Notes: generated by a model from the sequence alone, not told the origin. A stretch of 64,000 bases of DNA from an uncultured Alphaproteobacteria bacterium (GCA_963828475.1 CAWHFN010000012.1:25439-89438); one strand, 5' to 3'. Numbered from the stretch's first letter, positions 39,021 to 49,275 are shown. Translations and numbers: made by a program.

Positions 39021-40619
39021 TCACGCTGGCGCACCTGACTTCACCAGCTTGTAGACCACCGAATCCATCAGCGCCTGGAACGAGGCGTCGATGATATTGG
39101 GCGAGACGCCGACCGTGATCCAGCTCTCGCCGTTCTCGTCTTCGCTCTCGATCAGGACGCGCGTCACCGCTTCGGTGCCGCCATTGAGGATACGCACGCG
39201 GTAATCGATCAGCTTCAGACCCTCGATGTATTTCTGGTACTTGCCGAGGTCCTTGCGCAGGGCGACATCGAGCGCGTTGACCGGACCGTTGCCTTCCGCC
39301 GCCGAGATCAGCCGCTCGCCGGCAACGTCGACCTTGACCACCGCGAGCGCCACGGTGACGCGCTGGCCGTTGGCGTTGGAGCGCTGCTCGACATTGACGT
39401 CGAACTGCTCGACCTTGAAATATTCGGGCACCCGGCCGAGCGTACGCCGCGCCAGGAGGTCGAACGAGGCGTTGGCGGATTCATAGGCGTAGCCCGCCGC
39501 TTCCCGCTCCTTCAACTCCTCGACCAGGCGCGCCAGCTTCGGATCGCTCTTCTCGTAAGCAATGCCGGCGCGGTCGAGTTCCGCCATCACGTTGGAGCGG
39601 CCGGCCTGATCTGACACCAGCACCTTGCGATGGTTGCCGACGGATTCCGGCAAGACATGCTCGTAAGTTTGCGGATCCTTCATGACCGCGGAGGCATGAA
39701 TGCCGGTCTTGGTCACGAAGGCGCTTTCGCCAACATAGGCTGCATGGCGGTTCGGCGCGCGGTTCAGCATGTCGTCGAGCGTGCGCGACACCTTCATCAA
39801 TGTCGCCATCTTCTCCGCGGTGACGCCGATCTCGAAGGCGTCGGAGAATTCGTTCTTCAGGCTCAATGTCGGGATCAGCGAGCAGAGATTGGCGTTGCCG
39901 CAGCGCTCGCCGAGCCCATTCAGCGTGCCCTGGATCTGTCGCGCGCCCGCACGAACCGCGGCCAGCGAATTGGCGACCGCCTGCTCGGTGTCGTTATGGG
40001 CGTGGATGCCGACATGACTTCCCGGGATATGCTTGACCACAGCTCCCACGATGGTCTCGACCTCGTGCGGCATGGTGCCGCCATTGGTGTCGCACAGCAC
40101 CACCCAGCGCGCACCGGAATCATGGGCCGCCTTGGCGCAGGCCAGCGCGAAATCGGCGTTCTCCTTGTAACCGTCGAAGAAGTGCTCGCAATCGACCATC
40201 ACCTCGCGCCCCGCCGCCTTCGCAGCAACGACGCTGTCGCGGATCGAGGCGATGTTTTCTTCGTTGGTGGTCTCCAGCGCCACCCGCACCTGGTAGGCCG
40301 AGGACTTGGCGACGAAGCAGATCGCATCGGCTTTGGCCTCGATCAGCGCCGCAAGCCCCGGGTCGTTCGAGGCCGAACGGCCGGGACGGCGGGTCATGCC
40401 GAACGCGGTGAATTTGGCGCTCTCGAACCTTGGCTTGTCCGAAAAGAATTCGGTGTCGGTCGGATTGGCGCCGGGATAGCCGCCCTCGACATAGTCGATG
40501 CCGAGCTCGTCGAGCATCTGCGCGATGATCTGCTTGTCCTGCAGCGTGAAATCGACGCCGTTGGTCTGTGCGCCGTCGCGCAGCGTGGTGTCGAACAGAT
40601 AGAGGCGTTCGCGGCTCAT
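39021..40619 (-). CDS. cimA: Citramalate synthase
   Basis: DTTLRDGAQ, DCEHFFDG, CDTNGG, GIHAHND, GERCGNAN and C-terminal regulatory domain (GNGPVNALD). Confidence 0.9.
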   Translation of the reverse strand: MSRERLYLFDTTLRDGAQTNGVDFTLQDKQIIAQMLDELGIDYVEGGYPGANPTDTEFFSDKPRFESAKFTAFGMTRRPGRSASNDPGLAALIEAKADAICFVAKSSAYQVRVALETTNEENIASIRDSVVAAKAAGREVMVDCEHFFDGYKENADFALACAKAAHDSGARWVVLCDTNGGTMPHEVETIVGAVVKHIPGSHVGIHAHNDTEQAVANSLAAVRAGARQIQGTLNGLGERCGNANLCSLIPTLSLKNEFSDAFEIGVTAEKMATLMKVSRTLDDMLNRAPNRHAAYVGESAFVTKTGIHASAVMKDPQTYEHVLPESVGNHRKVLVSDQAGRSNVMAELDRAGIAYEKSDPKLARLVEELKEREAAGYAYESANASFDLLARRTLGRVPEYFKVEQFDVNVEQRSNANGQRVTVALAVVKVDVAGERLISAAEGNGPVNALDVALRKDLGKYQKYIEGLKLIDYRVRILNGGTEAVTRVLIESEDENGESWITVGVSPNIIDASFQALMDSVVYKLVKSGAPA

Positions 40620-41128
40620 GACGGAACTCCCGGCGCGGCATTGTCAGCCAGCGTCTTCTGCATCGTGGTGTTGGCGAGCCATTCGCCGTTGAGGGTGACG
40701 GTGTTGCGCTGTTTGGCGGCATAGCCGCGTTTCTTGAAGAAAGGCTCCGCGGTATCGCTGGCGTCGACCGTCAGGGATTTCGCACCGCGGGCGCCCGCCA
40801 GCTTTTCCAGCGCATCCACCAGCATCGACGCAACGCCCTGCCCGGCCACGCTCGGATGGACGAACAGCATGTCGATGTGGTCAGCGCCCTTGAGCGAGGC
40901 GAAGCCGACCGGCGCATTCTGAATGGTCGCGATCAGCGTCAATTGTCCGGCGAGCTTCTTGCCGAACGCCTCCTCGTCCTCGGCGGCCGCAGCCCAGGCT
41001 TCCTGCTGCGCCTCGCTGTAATCGTCGCCGGTCAACTCCTCGATGCTGGCAACGAAGATCGCCGCCAGCATCGGAACATCCGCCGGCAAAAACGGCCGCA
41101 AGCCGGGTTTGGGCAATGCCTGTCCCAT
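40616..41128 (-). CDS. GNAT N-acetyltransferase
   Basis: LFVHPSVAGQGVASML and FFKKRGY; stop overlaps the cimA start. Confidence 0.85.
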   Translation of the reverse strand: MGQALPKPGLRPFLPADVPMLAAIFVASIEELTGDDYSEAQQEAWAAAAEDEEAFGKKLAGQLTLIATIQNAPVGFASLKGADHIDMLFVHPSVAGQGVASMLVDALEKLAGARGAKSLTVDASDTAEPFFKKRGYAAKQRNTVTLNGEWLANTTMQKTLADNAAPGVPS

Positions 41129-41242
41129 CGCGTCAAAATACTCCGAACAGTCTCAAGGCCAGCACGACCGCGGCAACAATCAGCGCCCATTTGATGAAGA
41201 TGTAATAACGCCAGTGTTTCGGGAACGGCGTATCGGGACGGG

Positions 41243-42724
41243 TCATCGCGCGATCTCCCAAGTGGTTACGGGTTTTCCGTCGGCATCCTTGCCGTCCTTG
41301 ATGGCAACGCCCATGGCGGCGAGTTCGTCGCGGATACGATCGGACTCCTTGAAATCCTTTCGCGCTCGCGCTGCCGCACGAGACTTCAGCAGATCGTCCA
41401 CCTTCGCAGGATCAAGACCTTTCTCTCTCGCAGCCTCTTCTTGGAACGCTCGCTTAATGTCGCCTCTTACGTCGTCACTGCGAACATGATCGATTGCCTT
41501 CTCGAAGCCCAACAATTGCAAAGAACCTGCCAATTCATTTGCGGCATCAGCGGGATGATCGGTAGAGCGAGCGGCATTCGCTAGACGATACAGTTCGGTT
41601 AATACCGCCGACGTATTTAGGTCATCCGCAAGGGCATTGAGAACTCCTTCAGATGGCTTCATCTTCAATCGATTGGCAGCACTAGCCGCTTGCCGAAGTT
41701 TACCGTAACTCATCTCGGACTCGGCAAGTCCTGCGTCAGTCCAGTCGAGAGGCTGCCGATAGTGCGTTCTCAACATGTTGAAGCGCAAAATCTCGCCCCA
41801 TCGCGGATCTTTGGGACGGCCACTTAAAAGATCCCGGATCGTGAAGAAGTTGCCGAGCGACTTCGACATCTTCTCGCTTTCGAGCTGCAGGAAGCCGTTG
41901 TGCATCCAGACATTCGCCATGCGGTCGGAATGAAAGGCGCAGCAGGTCTGCGCGAGTTCGTTCTCATGGTGCGGGAACACCAGGTCGATGCCGCCGCCAT
42001 GAATGTCGAACTTTTCGCCGAGATGCTTCCAGGCCATCGCCGAGCATTCGATGTGCCAGCCGGGGCGCCCCTCCACCTTGATGCCCGCGGGCGACGGCCA
42101 CGACGGCTCGCCCGGCTTCGACGGCTTCCAGAGCACGAAATCGGTGTTGTGGCGCTTGTAGGGCGCGACGTCGACGCGGGCGCCCGCGATCATCTCGTCG
42201 AGCGAGCGTTTCGACAGCGCGCCGTAGCGCGGCATCACGGAATTGGCTTCGTTCATTGCCTGCGGCGAGAACAGTACGTGGCCCTCGGCGACATAGGCAA
42301 AGCCGCCGGCAACCAGCTTCTCGATGATCGCGCGCATCTCCGGGATATGCTCGGTCGCGCGCGGTTGTACCGTCGGCGCCAGGCAGCCGAGCGCGGTGAC
42401 GTCGTCCTGATACTGCCGATAGGTCTCTTCGGTAACCTTGCGGATCGCCTCGTTCAGGGGCACGCCGGGATAGTCGCGCGCGGCGCGCACGTTGATCTTG
42501 TCGTCGACGTCGGTGATGTTGCGAACGTACTTTACATGGCCGGCGCCATAGCGATGGCGCAGCACGCGGAACAGCACGTCGAACACGATCGCCGCGCGAC
42601 CGTTGCCGATATGGGCGAAGTCGTAGACCGTCGGCCCGCAGGCATACATGCCGACATTGTTTGGATCGAGCGGCACAAACGGCCGCTTCTCCTTCGTCAA
42701 CGTATCGTAAAGTCGCAGTTCCAT
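41243..42724 (-). CDS. cysS: Cysteine--tRNA ligase
   Basis: [15 protein letters not shown] (HIGH), [23 protein letters not shown] and KMSKS. Confidence 0.97.
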   Translation of the reverse strand: MELRLYDTLTKEKRPFVPLDPNNVGMYACGPTVYDFAHIGNGRAAIVFDVLFRVLRHRYGAGHVKYVRNITDVDDKINVRAARDYPGVPLNEAIRKVTEETYRQYQDDVTALGCLAPTVQPRATEHIPEMRAIIEKLVAGGFAYVAEGHVLFSPQAMNEANSVMPRYGALSKRSLDEMIAGARVDVAPYKRHNTDFVLWKPSKPGEPSWPSPAGIKVEGRPGWHIECSAMAWKHLGEKFDIHGGGIDLVFPHHENELAQTCCAFHSDRMANVWMHNGFLQLESEKMSKSLGNFFTIRDLLSGRPKDPRWGEILRFNMLRTHYRQPLDWTDAGLAESEMSYGKLRQAASAANRLKMKPSEGVLNALADDLNTSAVLTELYRLANAARSTDHPADAANELAGSLQLLGFEKAIDHVRSDDVRGDIKRAFQEEAAREKGLDPAKVDDLLKSRAAARARKDFKESDRIRDELAAMGVAIKDGKDADGKPVTTWEIAR

Positions 42725-42798
42725 GGAAAACCCATCCGTTGCGGCCGGGCGTCCAGTGATCTCGGTTGGGAGAAAAGACGGCCTCAGCCAGCGAATCG

Positions 42799-42849
42799 CT
42801 AGCTAATAATCTCGCGGCAAATGCTGCAGATGGCGAGGAGACCGTTCAT
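42799..42849 (-). CDS. Putative leader peptide [16 protein letters not shown] upstream of cysS
   Basis: ATG…TAG, 16 codons with 2 Cys and 4 Ile; preceded by TTGACG-N18-AATGGT; followed by a hairpin and a U-rich tract. Confidence 0.55.
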   Translation of the reverse strand: MNGLLAICSICREIIS

Positions 42850-43037
42850 GGTTCCACCATTGCGGTATCGGGGGAGCGGCGTCAAGCCTTGCTCGTGCCC
42901 GATTTGGAGCCGATCAGGCCGCCGAACCCCGCCGTAACCCTGCCATTCGCTGCCGCCCCGCTGCCTCATGGTTAATCATTATTAACACTTTGGGCCTATT
43001 CCTGAGGGCGGTTCCTCCTCCCCTGCCGGTGTCCTCC

Positions 43038-43343
43038 ATGCGATCCTCCGCACTCCTCGCCTGTGCCTTCCTGCTCGCCGCCTCGGCCGCTGCCGCCGAC
43101 AGCCGCGTTTTCATCATTGCCAACCAGGCCGATGGTTACGGCGTGGACGAATGCCTCGCCAGGGGCGAAAAATGCGGCGCCCACGCCGCCCGCTCCTATT
43201 GCCAGTCACGGGAATTTGCACAGGCCACCGCCTACCGCCGCGTCGATCCCGACGAGGTCACCGGCGCGGTTCCGAAAGACGGCGGCGATAGATGCTCCGG
43301 CCACGGCTGCCGCGAATACGTCGCCATCACCTGCCAGCGCTAG
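43038..43343 (+). CDS. Small secreted protein with six conserved-looking cysteines
   Basis: Signal peptide (…AAAA/DS); mature domain YGVDECL…CG…YC…C…C…ITCQR. Confidence 0.75.
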   Translation: MRSSALLACAFLLAASAAAADSRVFIIANQADGYGVDECLARGEKCGAHAARSYCQSREFAQATAYRRVDPDEVTGAVPKDGGDRCSGHGCREYVAITCQR

Positions 43344-43511
43344 CGGTAATTATTCCGCAGAATCAACGGTCGCTTTGCCACATCCGCGCCCCGGAAACGA
43401 CGTGACGCTGCCCTGAGAAGGGGGTATTGGATGCGGCCTTGGCCGCAGAATGCTGCCTTGGCCGCGCCGGCAGGCTTTCAAGCCGCGCGGATCAGCTCTC
43501 AATGGCCGGAT

Positions 43512-44663
43512 ATGCTGGAAATTCGCAACGCGCCCCTCTCCCTTCGGATTTTGACCTGTGCCGTCCTGCTCGGTTTGGCCCTCCGGGGCGCACCCGCTTT
43601 GGCGCAGTCGAACGATGACGCCATGGCGCAGATGAACCAGGACGCCCCGCCACAGCAGGGCGCGCAGGCCAATCCGATGTGCATACGGCTCGAAGGACAA
43701 TTGGCGACCATCGACCGTGGGGCGGGCACCGGCGACCCCGCCAAGGATGAACAGATCCGCCGCTATCAGGAAGCGCAGGGCAAGCAGCAGGCCGAACTCG
43801 ATCGGGTCACGCTGCAGGCCAAGCGGATGGGCTGCGAAAGCTCCGGCTTCTTCTCGCTGTTCAACGGCCGGTCCGCCCAGTGCGGTCCGGTCAACAACCA
43901 GATTCAGCAGATGCGCGCCAATCTCGACCAGATCACCACCAGCCTGGAGCGCCTGCGCAGCGGCGGCATCGGCGGCGCCGACCGCGAAAACCAGCGCCGC
44001 TCGGTGCTGACGGCGCTCGCGCAGAACAATTGCGGCCCGCAATATGCCGCTGCCGCGCGCGGTCCCGGCAACTTCATCGACAGTCTGTTCGGCAACAACA
44101 ACCAGACGCTCCCGCCGCCCAGCGCCGATCTCGGCGCGCCGTCCGGTACCTTCCGCACCGTCTGCGTCCGCACCTGCGACGGCGGTTATTTCCCGGTGTC
44201 GTTCGCCACCTACCAGGCGCGGTTTCAGGACGACGAGAAGACCTGCAAGGCGCTTTGTCCGGCGACGGAAGCGACGCTGTTCACCTACCGCAACCCCGGC
44301 GAGGACATCAACCAGGCGGTCTCGATCAACGGCCAGCCTTATACGTCGCTGCCGAACGCGTTCAAATTCCGCTCTGAGTTCAACCCGTCCTGCGCCTGCA
44401 AGGCCGCCGGCCAGACCTGGTCGGAAGCTCTGAAGTCAGTCGATGACAGGGCAGGCGTCGAACAAGGCGACATCATCGTTACCGAGGAGAGCGCGAGGCG
44501 CATGCAGCAGCGCGCGCAGCCGAAGGGCGCGCCACCGCCCAAGAAGGGCACCGCCGCTGCGCCGGCTGCCGCGACAGCGGCCCCGGCCGATACAACCGCT
44601 ACCGCCGCCGCCAAGGACAAGATCCGCACCGTCGGCCCGACCTTCATCCCGCCGAAGCAGTAG
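43512..44663 (+). CDS. DUF2865-domain secreted protein
   Basis: Signal peptide, coiled coil, FRTVCVRTCDGGYFP…CKALCP…CAC motif; start uncertain (43431 or 43512). Confidence 0.8.
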   Translation: MLEIRNAPLSLRILTCAVLLGLALRGAPALAQSNDDAMAQMNQDAPPQQGAQANPMCIRLEGQLATIDRGAGTGDPAKDEQIRRYQEAQGKQQAELDRVTLQAKRMGCESSGFFSLFNGRSAQCGPVNNQIQQMRANLDQITTSLERLRSGGIGGADRENQRRSVLTALAQNNCGPQYAAAARGPGNFIDSLFGNNNQTLPPPSADLGAPSGTFRTVCVRTCDGGYFPVSFATYQARFQDDEKTCKALCPATEATLFTYRNPGEDINQAVSINGQPYTSLPNAFKFRSEFNPSCACKAAGQTWSEALKSVDDRAGVEQGDIIVTEESARRMQQRAQPKGAPPPKKGTAAAPAAATAAPADTTATAAAKDKIRTVGPTFIPPKQ

Positions 44664-44674
44664 TGTAGCGAAAT

Positions 44675-46426
44675 TTATCCTTCGAACGCGTCCGCCGAGG
44701 CGCGGCCGGCGCGGGCGACCAGTTTCTCATCGGGCGCGGGCAACGCCTTGCCATTGTCGCGGAAGCGGTTGGTGATGGGATAGCGGCGGTCGCGGCCAAA
44801 ATTCTTTTCCGTGACCTTGACGCCCGGCGCTGCCTGCCGGCGCTTGTATTCGGCAATGTTGAGCAGCCGGTCGATCCGCGTCACCACGTCAGCCGGGAAG
44901 CCGGCCGCGATGATCGAGGCGAGCGGCTCCTCGCGCTCCACCAGCCGTTCGAGGATGCCATCCAGCATCTCGTAGGGCGGCAGCGAATCCTGGTCGGTCT
45001 GGTTCTCGCGCAACTCGGCCGTCGGCGGCCGGGTGATGATGTTGACCGGGATCACCTCGCCCGAAGGCCCCAGCGCGCCGTCCGGCTTCCATTCATTGCG
45101 CAGGCTCGAGAGACGAAACACTTCGGTCTTGTAGATGTCCTTGATCGGGTTGAAGCCGCCGTTCATGTCGCCATAGAGCGTGGCATAGCCCACCGACATT
45201 TCCGACTTGTTGCCGGTCGTCACCACCATCGCGCCGGTCTTGTTCGAAATCGCCATCAGCAACGTGCCGCGGGTACGCGCCTGCAAATTCTCCTCGGTGA
45301 TGTCGCGCGGCAGGCCGGCGAACGGGCCGGACAGGATTTTTTCAAAACCGTTGACGGCATCCGCGATCGGCAGCACCTCGTAGCGGATGCCGAGCGCTTT
45401 CGCGAGCTTTGCGGCATCGTCGAGCGACACCTGCGCGGTAAACCGAAACGGCAGCATCACGCCGCGAACCTGATCGGCGCCGAGCGCGTCGACCGCGATC
45501 GCCGCGCACAGCGCGGAATCGATGCCGCCGGAGACGCCGAGCAGGATGCCGGGGAATCCGTTCTTGCGGACGTAATCGCGCAGGCCCAGCACGCAGGCCG
45601 CATAATCGCCCTTGTCGCCCTCGACCAGCGGCGCCACCGGGCCGGAACAGCGCCAGCCGTCCGCGCTCTTGACCCATTGCAGCGTGACGATGCTCTCCTC
45701 GAACGCCGGCAGTTGCGCCGCGACCGAAAGATCGGCGTTGAGCGCGAACGACGCGCCGTCGAACACCAGTTCATCCTGCCCGCCGATCTGGTTGAGATAG
45801 ACCAGCGGCAGACCGCTCTCGGTGACGCGGGCGACCGCGATCGACAGCCGCAGATCGTTCTTGTCGCGCGCGTAGGGCGAGCCGTTCGGCACCACAAGAA
45901 TTTCCGCGCCGGTCTCGGCGAGGCATTCGACGATGTTTTCGTATTCCTCTGATTCTTCGAGCCAGATGTCCTCGCAGATGGGAACGCCGACCCGGATGCC
46001 CTTGACGGTCACCGGCCCCGCGGCCGGCCCGCGCGCGAACAGGCGTTTTTCGTCGAACACGCCGTAATTCGGCAGGTTCGCCTTGAAGCGAAGGGCGATG
46101 ATGCGTCCTTCATCGAGCAGCGCGCAGGCATTATAGAGCTTGCCGTCCTCGACCCAGGGTGTGCCGATCAGCATGGCCGGGCCACCGCCCGCAGTCTCGC
46201 GCGCCAGTTCCTCAACGGCGGCGCGGCAAGCGGCCTGCAGCGCGGGCTTCAACACCAGGTCTTCCGGCGGATAGCCGCAAATGAACAATTCCGGCAGCAC
46301 CACGAGGTCGGCGCCATCGGCCTTCGCCCTCTCGCGCGCCACCCGCGCCTTGGCGGCGTTGCCGGTGACATCGCCGACGGTCGGGTTTAGCTGGGCCAGC
46401 GAAATTGTGAACTTGGGTTCGGTCAT
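44675..46426 (-). CDS. nadE: Glutamine-dependent NAD+ synthetase
   Basis: Nitrilase domain (PELF, ICEDIW) plus SGGIDSA, ENLQAR and TGNKSE synthetase motifs. Confidence 0.95.
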   Translation of the reverse strand: MTEPKFTISLAQLNPTVGDVTGNAAKARVARERAKADGADLVVLPELFICGYPPEDLVLKPALQAACRAAVEELARETAGGGPAMLIGTPWVEDGKLYNACALLDEGRIIALRFKANLPNYGVFDEKRLFARGPAAGPVTVKGIRVGVPICEDIWLEESEEYENIVECLAETGAEILVVPNGSPYARDKNDLRLSIAVARVTESGLPLVYLNQIGGQDELVFDGASFALNADLSVAAQLPAFEESIVTLQWVKSADGWRCSGPVAPLVEGDKGDYAACVLGLRDYVRKNGFPGILLGVSGGIDSALCAAIAVDALGADQVRGVMLPFRFTAQVSLDDAAKLAKALGIRYEVLPIADAVNGFEKILSGPFAGLPRDITEENLQARTRGTLLMAISNKTGAMVVTTGNKSEMSVGYATLYGDMNGGFNPIKDIYKTEVFRLSSLRNEWKPDGALGPSGEVIPVNIITRPPTAELRENQTDQDSLPPYEMLDGILERLVEREEPLASIIAAGFPADVVTRIDRLLNIAEYKRRQAAPGVKVTEKNFGRDRRYPITNRFRDNGKALPAPDEKLVARAGRASADAFEG

Positions 46427-46470
46427 AAAGCAATGGTGCCTTGCACAAGAGCAAACTGCAAATGCTCGCT

Positions 46471-46824
46471 TTAGAACGCGCCTATGCGTTCGGCGATGGC
46501 AAACAGCCAGAATGCCCCGGACATCAGTAGCGCGACGCCGACCGCCGCGGAACCCATGTCCTTGACCCGCCCGATCTGTGGATCGTGGTCGGTGGTGAGC
46601 CGGTCGGCGAGCTTCTCGATCGCGGTATTGAGGATCTCGACCACCAGCACGAACGCCACCGCCGCGACCAGTTCAACCCTGCGCATCACGCTCGCGCCGA
46701 CCAGCCAGGCCAGCGGCACTGACAGCGCCAACGCAAACAGTTCCTCGCGGACGGCCTGCTCCGAGCGGATCGCAAAAGCGAGGCCATTACGGGTGTTGAT
46801 GGTGGCCCGCCAAAGTCGCAGCAA
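46471..46824 (-). CDS. dgkA: Diacylglycerol kinase
   Basis: EILNTAIEKLAD and KDMGSAAV motifs. Confidence 0.9.
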   Translation of the reverse strand: MLRLWRATINTRNGLAFAIRSEQAVREELFALALSVPLAWLVGASVMRRVELVAAVAFVLVVEILNTAIEKLADRLTTDHDPQIGRVKDMGSAAVGVALLMSGAFWLFAIAERIGAF

Positions 46825-46825
46825 G

Positions 46826-48215
46826 TCAAAGTCCCGCTGCGGCCGGCATCGGCTTGTCCTTGCCCGCCCGCTCCTGCTTGAGCAGTTCGGCGATCAGGAA
46901 AGCCATGTCGATGGATTGTTCGGCGTTGAGGCGGGGATCGCAGACCGTATGATAGCGGTCGTTGAGGTCCTCGTCGGTGATGGCGCGCGCGCCGCCGATG
47001 CATTCGGTGACGTCCTGTCCGGTCATCTCCAGATGGACGCCGCCGGCATGCGTGCCCTCCGCCGCATGGATGGCGAAGAACGACTTCACCTCCGACAGCA
47101 CCCGATCGAACGGACGAGTCTTGTAACCCGAGGTCGAGGTGATGGTGTTGCCGTGCATGGGATCGCAGGACCAGACCACGACGCGCCCTTCCCGCTGCAC
47201 GGCGCGGATCAGCGGCGCGAGATGGTCGCCGACCTTGTCGGAGCCGAAGCGGTTGATCAATGTCAGGCGTCCGGGCTCGTTGTCGGGATTGAGAATGTCG
47301 ATCAGCTTCAGCAACTCATCCGGCTTCAGCGACGGGCCGCATTTCAGGCCGATCGGGTTCTTGATGCCGCGGAAATATTCGACATGGCCGTGGTCGAGCT
47401 GGCGGGTGCGATCGCCGATCCAGATCATGTGGCCCGAAGTCGCGTACCAGTCGCCGGTCGTGGAATCGACCCGGGTGAAGGCCTGCTCGTAGCCGAGCAG
47501 CAGCGCCTCGTGGCTGGTGTAGAAATCGGTGGCGCGCAGTTCGGGATGGCTTTCGAGATCGAGGCCACAGGCGCGCATGAAGTTCAGCGCATCCGAAATA
47601 CGATCCGCCAGTTCCTTGTAGCGGCGCGACTGCGGGGAGTCCTTCAGGAAGCCGAGCATCCACTGATGCACGCTGCCGAGATTGGCAAAGCCGCCGGTCG
47701 CGAATGCGCGCAGCAGATTGAGCGTCGCCGCCGATTGACGATACGCCATCAACTGGCGCTGCGGATCGGGGATGCGCGGCTTCAGGCGTGAAGGCAATGT
47801 CGTTAATGATGTCGCCGCGGTAGCTCGGCAGTTCGACGCCGTTGATTTTTTCCGTGTTCGACGAACGCGGTTTGGCAAACTGCCCGGCGATGCGGCCGAC
47901 CTTCACCACCGGCAGCGCGCCGGCATAGGTGAGGACAACAGCCATCTGCAGCAGCACGCGGAAGAAATCGCGGATGTTGTTGGCGCCATGCTCGGCAAAG
48001 CTCTCGGCGCAATCGCCGCCCTGCAGCAGGAAGGCTTCGCCCGCGGCGACGCGCGCCAGCGCTTTCTTCAGGTTGCGGGCTTCGCCGGCAAACACCAGCG
48101 GCGGAAACGTGGCGAGCTGCGCCTCGACATCAGCCAATGCCTTGGCATCGGGATAATCGGGGACCTGCAGCACCGGCCTGGTGCGCCAGCTATCGGGCGT
48201 CCACCGCTCGGACAT
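46826..48215 (-). CDS. Class II DAHP synthase; +1 frameshift near 47779
   Basis: [41 protein letters not shown] and CDPRLN. GAAGCCGCGC to GAAGCGCGC restores EARIPDPQR and 463 codons. Confidence 0.9.
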
Positions 48216-48328
48216 GACGTTAACTCCTGAGCAAAAACCGCAACTTACAAGCGATTGTGAAGGCCGGTTTATACACAGGCCTTTAGCCGACCGCCAGTTA
48301 GATTTCCGGTAGTCCTGACAAACCCTTG

Positions 48329-48355
48329 CAGCAAAAGCCGATTTCGCTTTTGCTG
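48329..48355. promoter_or_regulatory. Perfect 10-bp inverted repeat CAGCAAAAGC-N7-GCTTTTGCTG (operator-like)
   Basis: Visible in the divergent DAHP synthase/hydrolase intergenic region. Confidence 0.5.
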
Positions 48356-48384
48356 TGGCCGCTCGCAACCGAGGAGAAGAAGCA

Positions 48385-48910
48385 GTGGCCGAGCCGGGGC
48401 TGGACGACGTATTCAGCGACGATATCACAGTGCCCGCGACGGACGGATATCCCCTCGCCGCAACGCTTTTTCTGCCCGCGGGGCCAAGCGCCACGCCGTC
48501 CTGATCAATTCGGCGACCGCCGTCCCTCGCAAGCTCTACCGCGGCTTTGCCGATTATCTCGCCAAGCGCGGTTGCGCGGTTTTGACCTACGACTATCGCG
48601 GCACCGGCGATAGCAGACAGCAGGCGCTGACCGGTTACAACCGGCCGAAATCGCTGGTCGGCTTCAAGGCTTCGAAGTCGGACTGGGCCGCATGCGGCGG
48701 CGGTCGCCTGGATGCGCGAGCGCTACAAGGCGCTGCCCTTCGCCCATGTCGGACATTCGTTCGGCGGACAGGCGCTCGGCCTGTTGCCGAACAATTCGGA
48801 GATTTCGCGCGCGCTGTTCATTGCAGCCCAGGCCGGCTACTGGAAACTGATGACGGCGCCGGAGCGCTACCGCGTCTATGCGCTGCTGAATTTCGTCGGC
48901 GCCCCCTTAC
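48385..48910 (+). pseudogene. Degraded, 3'-truncated alpha/beta hydrolase
   Basis: GTG start after GAGGAG. INSATAV, YDYRGTG and GHSFGG motifs lie in three frames (lesions near 48478 and 48693); similarity ends at NFVGAPL. Confidence 0.8.
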
Positions 48911-49083
48911 GCCCAGAAGCGTGCAAGCGCCAGACGGCGGTCCGGTTTGCCAAGATATTTAGTCAGGTAACTGCCACACCAGCCGTGCGCCCGGTGACCG
49001 TGATGCCGGTGTTGAGGACGCGCATTCGCCTCGACGGAAAAGACGAACAGCAGAACAGAAGCGGCCGCGAGAGGCTTCAACAT
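48907..49083 (-). pseudogene. 58-aa secreted-protein ORF, probably 3'-truncated
   Basis: RBS GGAG, signal peptide MLKPLAAASVLLFVFSVEANA, His-rich linker, WCGSY…LARFWA then stop exactly where the opposite pseudogene ends; absent from the ORF track. Confidence 0.6.
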
Positions 49084-49275
49084 CGGTTACTCCACAAACG
49101 CTGATGGCTGGAACAAGCGCGCCGCCAACAGCGCACGTTTCGGATAGTTCCGGCATGACTGCCATTCGTCCGCAGCAGAATGAGCGCCAAAATGAGCGTC
49201 AAGCCGGCCTTGAGGTACCGTTGAAACCAGTTCCTGCTTGCCGGATTAGCCTTCCAGCAATGTGAGAGGCCATCC

